64,000 bases of DNA, from the NCBI GenBank assembly GCA_023205875.1, contig CP060759.1, positions 868,001-932,000 of the forward strand, in the 5' to 3' direction. The notes under the pieces were generated by a model. The model saw only the letters and a program-made list of their open reading frames with translations, did no database searches and had not been told where the DNA came from. The stretch comes from Chloropicon primus. Taxonomy: Eukaryota. Below are positions 41,824-52,031 of this stretch, one piece after another. The position numbers and the translations under genes were made by a program. Positions within the stretch are counted from its first letter, which is position 1. Each line of letters begins with the position of its first letter.

Positions 41824-42019
41824 TTGTGTACAGGAAAGCCGTTTCCAAAGCCGCTGGACTCGGCGCAATTTTTCTTGGAACTGCGCGAGCCCAATAGATT
41901 AACTTTATGAGGAAGTCCAAAAAGAAAGAAAAGTATTATACTTCTTTTAGACGAGAAAACGCGATGGGTTCTGTCGCACCATGCCGCCCGTCCTCGGAGT
42001 CCCTCCTTGCTCCCTCCCT

Positions 42020-45000
42020 TCAACTCTCGTACGCTGTCGTCTCGCTCCTCTCCACGTAGGACACGAAGTTCGACAAGATGGGAGCCACGGCCTGCGGAGC
42101 TTCCAAGTGAACGCAGTGGCCCGCCCCGGACACGACGTGGAGCTGAACATCCTGCGGCTGCAGGTGCGGGCTTTCTCTAGCAAGCTCGCACATCTCTTCC
42201 GATATAGAAACGTACTTTGGGTCCAACTCTCCGCACACCACACAAAGCGGGATCTCGAGGTCCCGCAGCTTGGGCCACAACGAGTCCTGCAGACCTGGGC
42301 TGAGGCCGCCCATCGCATCCGCCAGGCCCGAGCTCTCGTGCAGCTTCGCTCGCTTGCTCACGGTCGTCATGAATTGTGGGGACCTGGAAAAGCTCTCGAA
42401 AAGCGGCTGCTTGTACCACGAGTCCAGGAAAGACTCCACCCTCGTCTCCCTGATTTGGGCTGACAGCATGAGGTCTTTGATCGCTCTGTTCTCCCTTTCC
42501 GCCTCGTCCTTGATTCCGGGGCTGCTGGAGATGATCATCAAGCCAGAGTATTTCTCCGGGGAGGAGAGGACCATGTCCAACGCAATGCGTGCTCCCATGC
42601 TGTACGCCACCAGGATGGGTGTGTGCAGCGAGCTCTGATCCAGCAGCTCGGACATGGAGCGAGACGCGAAAGCAAAGGTGTTCTGCAGAGCCATGCTCTT
42701 CACGCACTCGAATGTGCAAGAGGAATGGCCTGGAAGGCTGACCGCGTAGCAATCGTTGGTGCTCGCCGTGCTCGAGATGAGGGGCAGCCAGTCGTGTACA
42801 TCACCCAGGAATCCATGGACAAAAGCAAGAGAGGGCGCAACACCAGCACTGGCGTGGACATGGCCATTCAACGAACCGTTCGTGCACTTGTACAGTTTCA
42901 TGAAACCTTCGTGAATCGACTGGTCGTGATCCAGTTCGCACTTCAGGCTGTCGTACAGAACGATGGAGTTGCTTGAGGAGAAGGGCAGAGCTTTGTGGGG
43001 GCCCGCCTGTTTCTCGACATCAATCACCAGGGACCTGGCCCAGCCTTCAAAGGGCAGTGACGTGGCCTCTTCCAGGAACAATCTGCCTTCGCGTGGCTCG
43101 TGGATGTTCCAAGCGATCGTTCCGAGGCCGTGGAGCAAAGGCGGTCTTCCTTCAAACCTGGCACCGCGCACCGAATCGACGTACAGCGCCAGCTCAGACA
43201 AGGAGCGCAGACCAACGCTGCTGTCGAATGCCGAGCTGACGATTGGCTTCACCCCCAGGTCCACACACAAGTCGACCAGCGACTTGAATTTCTCCACGCT
43301 TCCGAGGACAGAGGGTTTCAGGACGACCGCATCGAGGGAGCCTGAGAGGGGCGACATCAGCTCGGTGGCCCTCTCACGCACATCGGCCGCTGCCGTGTCC
43401 CGCAAGCGATCGCTGAGGTGCTCATCGAGGGCAACTGGAATCGTCTGAGCTCTCGTAAAGGCCTCTAGATCTGCAAGGTCCTTGACAGGCTCTTCGATGA
43501 ACTCGATCTCAAGCCCCTTGACTCCATCTGCAAACGTCAAGGCCTCGTCCAAAGTCCAGGCACGGTTTGCGTCGCATCGAAGGACGAGGTCAGATCCAAA
43601 TCTCTGAGAGATCAATCGAACCATCTCGATGTCTTTCTCGACCTCTGAACGCCCGACTTTGAGCTTGATTCCTCTGTAACCTCTCGACACCAGTCTCTCT
43701 GCGTCTTCCACCACGGTAGCCACATCAGAGGAAAGCAAGGAAAGCAAGCCAATCACGTGAACCAAGCCGCCGCGCTGCTGCAAAGCCCCCTCCACTTCCT
43801 CGCCCTGCCCCGCTCCCCCCATGACAGAGTAGCCAAGAGCAGACGACAGCAAGTCGAGCAGAGCGCTTTCGAGCCCAAACCTGACCGAGGGCAGCAAAGA
43901 ATCCGGCTCGATGCCAATGAGACTGAACCACCGCTCCAAGGAGCCATCCAAGGCCGCTACGGACAGCGGCAACCTCTTTCCTGGCAGAATGCTCGAGACG
44001 CACGCGAGTTGGCTCTGGGCCTCCTTCAGGGTCTCCCTGTGCAAGTTTTCCAGGGGCGAGACCTCCCCAAAGCTCGTGACAACTTTTCCTGCGTCTTTGT
44101 GCGAGGCCTGGATCGACACCTTCACCATTTCTTTGGCCATGCTCGAAGATGTCGTCAGCTCTTTCGCCAAGGGGTAAGACATCTTCTCGCACACCAGCCT
44201 GTCGATTTCGATGCAAGCTGGCCCCAGGCTCCACATGTGAGAGGCAAGAAAGACTTGCTGAGACGTGAAAACGCTGAGATCCTCCTTCACCCTTTCTTTG
44301 ACGAAATTTCTGAACTCTGTGCTCGCTTGAGGATCCACGCTTATCTCGATCACGTTGTGGACTTTTGATCTCCACGACTTCCGCAGAGCCTCGATCATGT
44401 CCTCCTTACTCGATACCAATTGGTGCGGTATCCTGTAAGCTCGGCAAAGGCTCGACACGTCGGCTTCAGGGTCCGTGATGAAGCACGAGTCGAGAACGGA
44501 GCTGTCGATCTGCTGAGCGACGGGGAGCATTTCAAAGATCCTTCCGCCTCGATTGTTGACGACGATGATGGTCAGCGGCGCCCTCTTCGAAGAGGAAGGC
44601 CCGCTCAACAGGTTCAGGCCATTCGAATCGTGCACAAAAGAGACGTCGCCGATCAGCAGGGTCACGGGGCTGCCAAGCGACTCTGCAAATCCAGCGGCGG
44701 AGCTCGTAACGCCATCGATGCCACTGCTTCCGCGGTTGCTGCCAAGAGCTACGAGGCCGCCATCGAATTCCGCATTTCTGTTGGCGCTGGACATCTCCAT
44801 GTCGCGGATCGGCATGCTGTTCCCCAAGAAGAGCGCGTTTGATCTCGGAATGATTTCACTTACCACCCTCGCGATGAGAGGCTCGCTCATCGTGTCCGCG
44901 CGCTCAAAGCAGGAATTCACGGAATTCGACACGATGTGGTCCAGCTCGAGGATGTACTTGCAGTAGATCTTGCATCCGGATGGGTCGAACTCGGGGTGCT

Positions 45001-47866
45001 CAAACGACCACGAGCGCACCATGTCGTTCAGGGCAACGGGGTCGAGCATCAACTGGTAAGAAGCAATGTGGGACGGGTCTCTCTGGCGCAGGTCGTTGCC
45101 GAGGATCACCAGCTTTGAGTTGCCATCCTGGCAGCTCTTTGAGATGAAATTGGAGATCCTTTTGGAGACTGGCTCTCTGCCTACTTGGATGATGCACTCC
45201 GGCTGCAGGTACGTGCTCGCCTCGGCGTCCAAGAGTATGTGGTCCAAGTTGTAAATGACGGTGGCTTTGGAATCCATTTTGCCTGACCCGAGCTTCAGAC
45301 CCGAAGATATGTCCGGTACAAGGGGCCACCCCAGTCTCTGGGCGGTCTCTATCAGCGCCAGGTTCTCTGACGCATTGGTGGAGGTGCCCACAATGATCAG
45401 ACCCTTTTTGCACTTTGAAACCGTGTCCATGAAATCCTCCCACGGCGCGAAATTCGTGCGACCCGACTCTCCCACAATCATGTTCGTCGTGTAAGGGAGG
45501 CCGCCGTCCGCCCACGCCCTGATCTTCCCATCCAGAACCCCCCTGTCCCACTCCTCGACGATCGGCGCGAGAGGCTCCCTGTACTGAAAGTTCAAGTGCA
45601 CCGGGCCAGGCAGGTTGTGAGTCGCGTATCTGTACGCCGTGGAGAGATTCGTCAGCAGCACGTCGCTCAAAGCGAGTTCTGGGGTCGGGGCCGGAAAGTT
45701 TCTGAACCAACGGGGGAACTTGCCGTAAATGTGCATCTGGTCTATCGTTTGGTTTGCCCCCGTGCCTTGGAGCTCAGCAGGCCTATCTGCTGTCAAGACA
45801 AGGAGGGGCACATTGGACTCACTCGCCTCGACGACAGCGGGCAGCAAATTCGCCACAGCGGTGCCCGAGGTCGTGATCACAGCCGCGGGCACCCCCTTCC
45901 CTTTGCCGATTCCGAGGGCGAAGAAGCCCAGGGATCTTTCGTCTATGCACGTGATCACCTCGGCCCTGGGGTGGTTCGCTGCCGCCAACACGAGCGGCGT
46001 GGATCTGCTTCCGGGAGCGATGCAAAAGTACTTCACACCGAGCCTGCAAAGCTCTTCCACGACAAGGAAGGCAGACAGAGCATTCGCGTTCGGGAAGCTC
46101 TCCAAGGCGAGCTTGCCTTGCCGCACGATCTGCGAGAACTGCTGCACCTTCAAGTCAAGCTCCTTCCACTCCAGGTCCGGCTTCGAGCCGTCCACGATCC
46201 CGACCCCAGCGTACATCACCAAATCGTTCTCGTTCCCCCTCTCCGGCTTGTTCTGCACGAGCGCGGATCTGATCGCGACCGCGAATTCTGAGCTCGACCC
46301 GGACATCCACCCAAAAGGCCCCGAATAGAGCCCCCTGTCAAAGCTCTCCATCGAAGCCAAGGCCTCCACGGACTCCTCGCAGGGGTACCCGGCCACTGCG
46401 GGCGTAGGGTGCAGCGCGGAAAGGAAGTGAAAGTCGTTCTTGCCCCTTGCAATCTTCCCAGACAACCTCCCGTACAGGTGCTGCACGTTGACGTGCTTCA
46501 AGACCTGCTTCTCTGCTTCGATCTCAACTTCGGTGCACAGGGACTCCAGGGCCTGCTTGATCGCGTCGCGCACAACAATGAACTCGTTGTGCTCCTTCTC
46601 TGACGTCAGGAGGTCCTTTGTCACCGAGGCGTCCTTTGACACCCGCGTGGTCGCGGCCACCGCCTCGCTGACGAGGCGGCCGCCGGCCCTCGCGTACAGG
46701 CGCTCCGGGGTGTTCCCAAAGAAGGCGCTGCCGCCGTCCAAAAGCATGCAGAACTGGTAGCCTTTCCTGTCCTGGTCTTGCAGGCACGACAGCATGTGCA
46801 AGGCGTCTACGGGCTGCCTGCAGGTGACCTTGGATCTCCTCGCGAGAACGAGCTTGCTCATCCTTCCCAAGACGTCGTTCACCAAGGGGTCCCACTCCTC
46901 CTCCGTCGGGTCGTGGGTGGCCTCGGAGGCCTCCAAGTGCACCGGTGCCCTGCCGCTGGCCTTGACGCCCCTCAGCCTGCTCAGGACCGCCCGCCCTTTC
47001 GACAGAGCGCCGTCGATGGAGTCTATCCTCTCCCCCTCGGTCCTCTGAGGGAGGTTATCCCAAGCGATGTTGCAGGCCAGCGTCGAGTGAGACGGCGTCG
47101 TCCGCAGCTCTACCGATGGAATCACAAAGGTGTACGAGCCGAACTCCTCCCACTCCTCTGAGGGCGTCTGGGTCGGATCGAATCGGATTCCCCCAAAGGC
47201 CCTGACCGCGTCCCCCCCCTCGCTCAGGAACCGGCTTATCCTGTCGTAAGATTCCAGATCGAAGGGTGATCCCGGCCGCCCCTGCCAGAGGCAAGTGGAC
47301 CCCACGCAGCCCACCTCGTGGTCCGCCCCCCCTCCGGCCCCCTCCGCCAAGTCGTCCAGCTTTCCCCCGGCAGTTTGCAGGCCCTCGCCGAACGTCGAAG
47401 TCTTCGGGGAGAAGTAGATCACGGGGTGCCCCTCCTTCAAGCTCTGGCCCCTGAGCCACCCGATCGTGTCCCCCTCGCGAGGAATCGTGACCTCCAGTCG
47501 GATGACGCCGCTCTCTTCCTCCGGCCGACTCTGCGAGATGTCTCTCAGGGCCTCGGAGAGCTTCTTCGCTCCCTGGTCGAAGCTGGACGCCACCCCGAGC
47601 TCCCTGCGAGCCACGGGGACGGGGCGGGACTCCGGCGAGAGCGCCTCGGCCTCCCGAAAGAAGGTATTGTCCTCGAGCACGCCGACATTAGGCGCCGAGG
47701 CCCGCGCGGGCAAGGGCCTCTTCCCAGAGGAGGAGACCAGTCTGCTGCTGCTGGCGAGCGAGCGACACCTCCTCGACGGCGACGAGGCCGGGCCTCGAGG
47801 AGGCGCGAGTCCCTCCTTCCCCCTCGCGGTGCTCGCCCTCAGGTGTGACGCCTTCCGCTCCATCAT
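42020..47866 (-). CDS. PHYLLO: PHYLLO, fused MenF-MenD-MenC-MenH phylloquinone biosynthesis protein
   Basis: ICS (GNTPERL, LHPTPAV, EFAVAIRS); MenD (PGSRSTPL, DERSLGF, TTSGTAVAN, NRGSSGIDG); MenC (KLKVGR, DANRAW, FIEEP, ALDE); MenH (HGFLG, YSMGAR, GHCVHLE). Confidence 0.95.
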   Translation of the reverse strand: MMERKASHLRASTARGKEGLAPPRGPASSPSRRCRSLASSSRLVSSSGKRPLPARASAPNVGVLEDNTFFREAEALSPESRPVPVARRELGVASSFDQGAKKLSEALRDISQSRPEEESGVIRLEVTIPREGDTIGWLRGQSLKEGHPVIYFSPKTSTFGEGLQTAGGKLDDLAEGAGGGADHEVGCVGSTCLWQGRPGSPFDLESYDRISRFLSEGGDAVRAFGGIRFDPTQTPSEEWEEFGSYTFVIPSVELRTTPSHSTLACNIAWDNLPQRTEGERIDSIDGALSKGRAVLSRLRGVKASGRAPVHLEASEATHDPTEEEWDPLVNDVLGRMSKLVLARRSKVTCRQPVDALHMLSCLQDQDRKGYQFCMLLDGGSAFFGNTPERLYARAGGRLVSEAVAATTRVSKDASVTKDLLTSEKEHNEFIVVRDAIKQALESLCTEVEIEAEKQVLKHVNVQHLYGRLSGKIARGKNDFHFLSALHPTPAVAGYPCEESVEALASMESFDRGLYSGPFGWMSGSSSEFAVAIRSALVQNKPERGNENDLVMYAGVGIVDGSKPDLEWKELDLKVQQFSQIVRQGKLALESFPNANALSAFLVVEELCRLGVKYFCIAPGSRSTPLVLAAANHPRAEVITCIDERSLGFFALGIGKGKGVPAAVITTSGTAVANLLPAVVEASESNVPLLVLTADRPAELQGTGANQTIDQMHIYGKFPRWFRNFPAPTPELALSDVLLTNLSTAYRYATHNLPGPVHLNFQYREPLAPIVEEWDRGVLDGKIRAWADGGLPYTTNMIVGESGRTNFAPWEDFMDTVSKCKKGLIIVGTSTNASENLALIETAQRLGWPLVPDISSGLKLGSGKMDSKATVIYNLDHILLDAEASTYLQPECIIQVGREPVSKRISNFISKSCQDGNSKLVILGNDLRQRDPSHIASYQLMLDPVALNDMVRSWSFEHPEFDPSGCKIYCKYILELDHIVSNSVNSCFERADTMSEPLIARVVSEIIPRSNALFLGNSMPIRDMEMSSANRNAEFDGGLVALGSNRGSSGIDGVTSSAAGFAESLGSPVTLLIGDVSFVHDSNGLNLLSGPSSSKRAPLTIIVVNNRGGRIFEMLPVAQQIDSSVLDSCFITDPEADVSSLCRAYRIPHQLVSSKEDMIEALRKSWRSKVHNVIEISVDPQASTEFRNFVKERVKEDLSVFTSQQVFLASHMWSLGPACIEIDRLVCEKMSYPLAKELTTSSSMAKEMVKVSIQASHKDAGKVVTSFGEVSPLENLHRETLKEAQSQLACVSSILPGKRLPLSVAALDGSLERWFSLIGIEPDSLLPSVRFGLESALLDLLSSALGYSVMGGAGQGEEVEGALQQRGGLVHVIGLLSLLSSDVATVVEDAERLVSRGYRGIKLKVGRSEVEKDIEMVRLISQRFGSDLVLRCDANRAWTLDEALTFADGVKGLEIEFIEEPVKDLADLEAFTRAQTIPVALDEHLSDRLRDTAAADVRERATELMSPLSGSLDAVVLKPSVLGSVEKFKSLVDLCVDLGVKPIVSSAFDSSVGLRSLSELALYVDSVRGARFEGRPPLLHGLGTIAWNIHEPREGRLFLEEATSLPFEGWARSLVIDVEKQAGPHKALPFSSSNSIVLYDSLKCELDHDQSIHEGFMKLYKCTNGSLNGHVHASAGVAPSLAFVHGFLGDVHDWLPLISSTASTNDCYAVSLPGHSSCTFECVKSMALQNTFAFASRSMSELLDQSSLHTPILVAYSMGARIALDMVLSSPEKYSGLMIISSSPGIKDEAERENRAIKDLMLSAQIRETRVESFLDSWYKQPLFESFSRSPQFMTTVSKRAKLHESSGLADAMGGLSPGLQDSLWPKLRDLEIPLCVVCGELDPKYVSISEEMCELARESPHLQPQDVQLHVVSGAGHCVHLEAPQAVAPILSNFVSYVERSETTAYES

Positions 47867-48180
47867 CTTAAATGCTCCTCCCTCCTCCTCCTCCTCCTGC
47901 TCCTGCTCCCTGGAGAGAGAGAGAACAAATGCTTGGTTCAGTTTGACGAGTGAGGGTTCAGGCGAAAGGGAAAGGGACGAGAAGGATGCGCTGGTCTCGA
48001 TAACCGAAACGTTTTCCCGCGCCCTCGACTCCCCCTGGTCTGGTGTGCTCGACGCTTACCTCGCAGCAGGGATGCGCGCGAGACTGCTGACGCGTTTTAT
48101 CCTCTGCTTATCCAATGACGAATGAGCAAACTTGAGGCTGAGAGGCCATTGCTCGCGCGCGCGCGCGAGAGAGAGAGGGT

Positions 48181-48906
48181 ATGGTTGAGGTGGAGGACGG
48201 AAGGGTGGAGGGTCCACCGCCGTTGTACGGGCGTCTGATGAAGGCGATACGGAAGGGCCACAGCGTGGGGAACACGATAAGGATGTTCAAGCTCCCGCTC
48301 GTGTTCACCGAGGAGGCCTTGTACGCGGACGCGATCGCGCAGTTCTACCTTGTCACGGCAAAGCTGGAGGAGGTCATGGGGCGGTTCGAAGGTTCCTCGG
48401 GGATGCTCTCGAGGGTGAAGGAGCTGGGACTGAGGTGCGCGCCGGGGTACGCGTCTGACCTGGAGGAGCTCAACGGCGCGGCGTGGCGGGACCAAGCGGA
48501 GCGGAGCATGACAGCGGCGACGCGGGCGTACTGCGACGTCCTCGAGTCCTCGGGCGAGGTTGAGCTCACCGCTGCGGCTTTCATCCTGTACGGTGCTCTG
48601 GTCGTCGGCGGAGGAAAGTCGACGCAGGCCAAGGTGAGGAAGATCTTCCCTCGGTGCAGCCACAAGCTGTACGACGTGGGGGGAGACATGAAGGCTCTGA
48701 GGGCGGACTACAGGAGAACGTTCACGGACATCGGGAAGCGGTGGCCGGAGCACTTTGTCAGACTAGAGGAGCAAGCCGCTCGCTTCATGGCGCTGAACAA
48801 CACGGTTGTGGTGTCCATCAGGTGCTGGGGAAAGTATTGCAACGTGGCGGCCTCTGTCGCCGTGGCCCTCGCGGCCGGAGCCGCCCTCGCTTGGTCGAAG
48901 CGCTGA
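48181..48906 (+). CDS. Heme oxygenase-like protein with C-terminal anchor
   Basis: AIRKGHSVGN (proximal His region), LYGALVVGGG distal helix, hydrophobic C-terminus. Confidence 0.7.
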   Translation: MVEVEDGRVEGPPPLYGRLMKAIRKGHSVGNTIRMFKLPLVFTEEALYADAIAQFYLVTAKLEEVMGRFEGSSGMLSRVKELGLRCAPGYASDLEELNGAAWRDQAERSMTAATRAYCDVLESSGEVELTAAAFILYGALVVGGGKSTQAKVRKIFPRCSHKLYDVGGDMKALRADYRRTFTDIGKRWPEHFVRLEEQAARFMALNNTVVVSIRCWGKYCNVAASVAVALAAGAALAWSKR

Positions 48907-48980
48907 GGGATTTTTCTTGTTTTGGCTTGTAGCATAATGTCACTATAACTTATTGTATATGTTTATATTCTCTCTCTCTC

Positions 48981-51587
48981 TCAGCCTTGTCCCGAGGACG
49001 ACGACCGCCTCAGCTCGGAGGCGGCGGAGACGACCTCCTCAATGCTCTCGAAGGTCGCCCTGCCGATCAGCAGCCTCTTGCCGAACTTGAGGGCTCTCTT
49101 CTCGCAGTCCGCTCGAACCTTCGCGTCCTCGATTCTATCCATGTCTTGTACGTGTGCAACCCCGACGATCCTCCTGATCATCTTGGCCCCCGCAAACCCG
49201 AGGGTGTCCTCGAAGACCTGCCTCATGAAGGTCTCCTGGCAGATCCTCCTCGCGCCGTCGCTGTCCTGGACCTTTGCGCCGAACAAAAGCTCGGGATACG
49301 CGGAGCTATCGCACTTCTCGTTCCACATCTTCAGGAACTTGTTCTGAAACAGGTTCCAGACGTCCCTGCAGCAAGCGATGAGCCAAGCCCTGTGCTCCTC
49401 CCTCTCCCCTTGCCCGGTCTCGTGGCCGTCCGACGCAAAGAAAGCGAGGAAGAGGTTCGAGATGAAGGCCCCGATGTCGAAACCCATCGGCCCGTAAAAG
49501 GCAAACTCCGGGTCGATGACGCTCACCGTGTCTTGGGTGACCATGACGCTCCCGGTGTGAAGGTCTCCGTGCAACAGGGCTTGGGCTTGCGTGCAGAACT
49601 TGGCCTTCAGCTCCGAGATCGCATCCTTCGCTGCGGCGTCCCTTCGAAGGTCGGCGACGTCGGCGTCCAGGTAGGGCGAGTTGTGCCTGTTGTGAAACGC
49701 GTCCCCGTAAGGATCGGTGAAGATGACCTGCTCGGTCAGCTCGCACATCGGGCTGTTGTCGGCGTAGAACGCCAGCTTTTTCCTGTACTCCGCGCTTGGC
49801 AAGGCGAAGAGGGAGCTCTTGAACAGGGTCGCCGCCAGGAACGTGGACATGCAGTCCGCCAGGTGAAGGTAAACGACCCCGTCGATCAGACCGTACCTCA
49901 GGATGATGTTTGGCGGGGCGAGGTACTCCATGAAGATCGCGGAGACCTTCTTGTCGAACTTGTAGACTTGGGGCACGTGGTCGGGGCACATCTCGTGCCC
50001 GTCCACGAGAGCGGTCGTCTCGAACATGGCCCGGTCCGCCGTCAGGGGCCACGACTCGCCGATGCACCTCACGTAGGGCAGAGCCTGCTTCACCACCATT
50101 CCTCGGCCCTCGCCGCCCTCCACGATGAAGACAAAGTTGATGTTCCCGTCGCCGACTTCCTTGACGGACCAGGTGCTGGCGTCCCCGGGAATCTTGGCCT
50201 TGAGGTCAGGGTCCCCCTGGATGTACCTCTTCAGCTCTTCCTCGGTGAAGCCTTTGGCGCCAGACAGGGGCATCGGGAGCTCCGAGCCACCCCGGCCCTC
50301 GCGAGCGCTGTCGATGAAGCCCTTCATGTCGAACTCCCCGGAAGAGTTTGGCCACACCGTCCCGTACTCGGTGATGATGCCAGCGATGAGGGGGGCGGGG
50401 GTCACGTCGAAGGCGGGGTTCCAGACGCCGATGCCGTCGGCGACAACCCGCTTGCCGTCCGGAAGGTGGGTCATCTCCTCGGAGCTCCGCTCCTCGATCG
50501 GAATCCCCGAGCCGTTCGGGAGGGACAGGTCAACGGTCGAAACGGGAGCCGCGACGAAGAAAGGGACGTTGGAATACGAAGCCGAGACGGCCAGGGAGTA
50601 CGTTCCGATCTTGTTGGCCACGTCCCCGTTCGCAGCGATTCGGTCCGCACCCAGGACGACCGCGTCCACTTCCCCCTTGCTCATCAGGTAAGGCGCGGTC
50701 GAGTCCGTCACGAGCGTGGAGGGTATCTTGTCGTGCACCAGCTCGTACGCCGTCAGCCTCGCCCCCTGGTTGTACGGCCGGGTCTCCGTGCAGTACGCCC
50801 TCTCGAGGACCTTGTCGCTGTGCAGGGACCTCACGACGCCGAGCGCGGTTCCGTACGAGGACGTGGCCAGCGCTCCCGTGTTGCAGTGGGTGAGAACCCT
50901 CAAGTTCGTGTCCTTGGACCTGCGCTTCCTGCAGGCCTCCTGGATGGCCTTGGAGCCAAAGCTTCCCATGCTGAGGTTGCCTTCGGTGTCCGTCCTCATG
51001 AGCTCCTCCGACGCGGCGATGACCACCTCGGCGAGGTCCTTCGAGGTCGCGCCGGGCCCGGCTCGTGCCACCCGCTGCTTCAGGTCGCCGCAAGCGATCG
51101 CCAAGTTCACCGCGGTCGGTCTGCTGGTGACCAGGTAGGTCAGCTTCTCGTTGATCCTCGACGCCATCTCCGAGGGGTCTGGGAAAGGAGAACCATAATG
51201 TTGTTAATATATGTAATCCGAAGTCAGTCCGTCGGGTCAGGCCCGGGGGGGGGGGATGCTTACCTTGGGGGAGGTCAGCGTTCGCGAGCTCGACCGCGAG
51301 GGACAGAACTCCCGCAATCGCTATCGCGGGGGCGCCCCTCACCACCATCGAATTGATCATCGTCCAACCATCTAAAGCGCAAATTAGAGAAAGAGAAAGA
51401 GAAACACACTTTTAGTTCGCGAGCGAACGAACACGCGCTTGAGATCTATACCTTTTGAGTCCCTGACGTCGAGGTACGTCTTCTCGTAAGGGATGACCCT
51501 TTGGTCCAGGAGCTTGAGCGTGGCACGACCCGATGCACCGTCCCTCTCGTATATGATCGCCCGCAGGCCGTGGTCCTCTGGCGCCAT
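48981..51587 (-). CDS. Fused methylthioribose-1-phosphate isomerase (MtnA/MRI1) + methylthioribose kinase (MtnK); introns 51372-51451 and 51179-51263
   Basis: LLDQR, MVVRGAPAI, SRPTAVNL, THCNTGALAT, ETRPYNQG, NKIGTY, NPAFDVTP, then in frame EVGDGNINFVF, KQALPY, HGDLHTGS, IDPEFAFYGP, RRIVGVAHV. Confidence 0.93.
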
Positions 51588-51731
51588 CGCGCGCGCGAAG
51601 CGTGTCAAGCTCAGCTCCTCCTCCTTTGTTCCTTTGTTGGTTTTGGTTTTTGTTTTGGTTGCCGCCCGTCCGCGTCCGACCGCGCCCACTCTGAGAAAGG
51701 AAAATAAAATAAAATTAGAAATTAAATTGTA

Positions 51732-51849
51732 TCTAAGTTTGAGTTTCGTCGTTAGTAGGGAGAGGTCCATCCCGTTTCGTCGTTAGTAGGGAGAGGTCCA
51801 TCCCGTTTTCTATTTTTAGAGGTCTCCCTACTAATCGACGAAACTTAGA
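51732..51849. repeat. 31-bp tandem duplication plus inverted copy
   Basis: TTTCGTCGTTAGTAGGGAGAGGTCCATCCCG at 51744 and 51775; inverted TCTCCCTACTAATCGACGAAACTTAGA at 51823-51849. Confidence 0.85.
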
Positions 51850-51892
51850 ATGATTCTAGGGGGAACTTGAAGCGTCACATGACGATGTACGG

Positions 51893-51955
51893 TGGAATTC
51901 TCCCCCTTCTGGAATTCTCCCTTCTGGAATTCTCCCCGTGGAATTCTCCCTTCTG
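51893..51955. repeat. Four tandem ~15-18 bp TGGAATTCTCCC units
   Basis: TGGAATTCTCCC(C)(TTC) x4 upstream of the MYB gene. Confidence 0.9.
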
Positions 51956-52031
51956 TCACTGGGCGTCACGTGCCCAGGAGAGAGAGCGAGAGAGAGCGAG
52001 AGAGAGAGAGAGAGAAAGAGAGAGAGACACC

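Noticed and set aside
42020..47866. Four-enzyme men fusion as a novelty
   Set aside because: This is the known PHYLLO architecture of plants and algae
48987..51356. 789-aa plus-strand ORF (also 32262-34352, 14743-16038 and similar)
   Set aside because: Antisense shadows of real genes caused by high GC3 codon bias; no domain motifs
51744..51805. 31-bp direct repeats as a CRISPR array
   Set aside because: Only two abutting copies, no spacers, no cas genes, eukaryotic context
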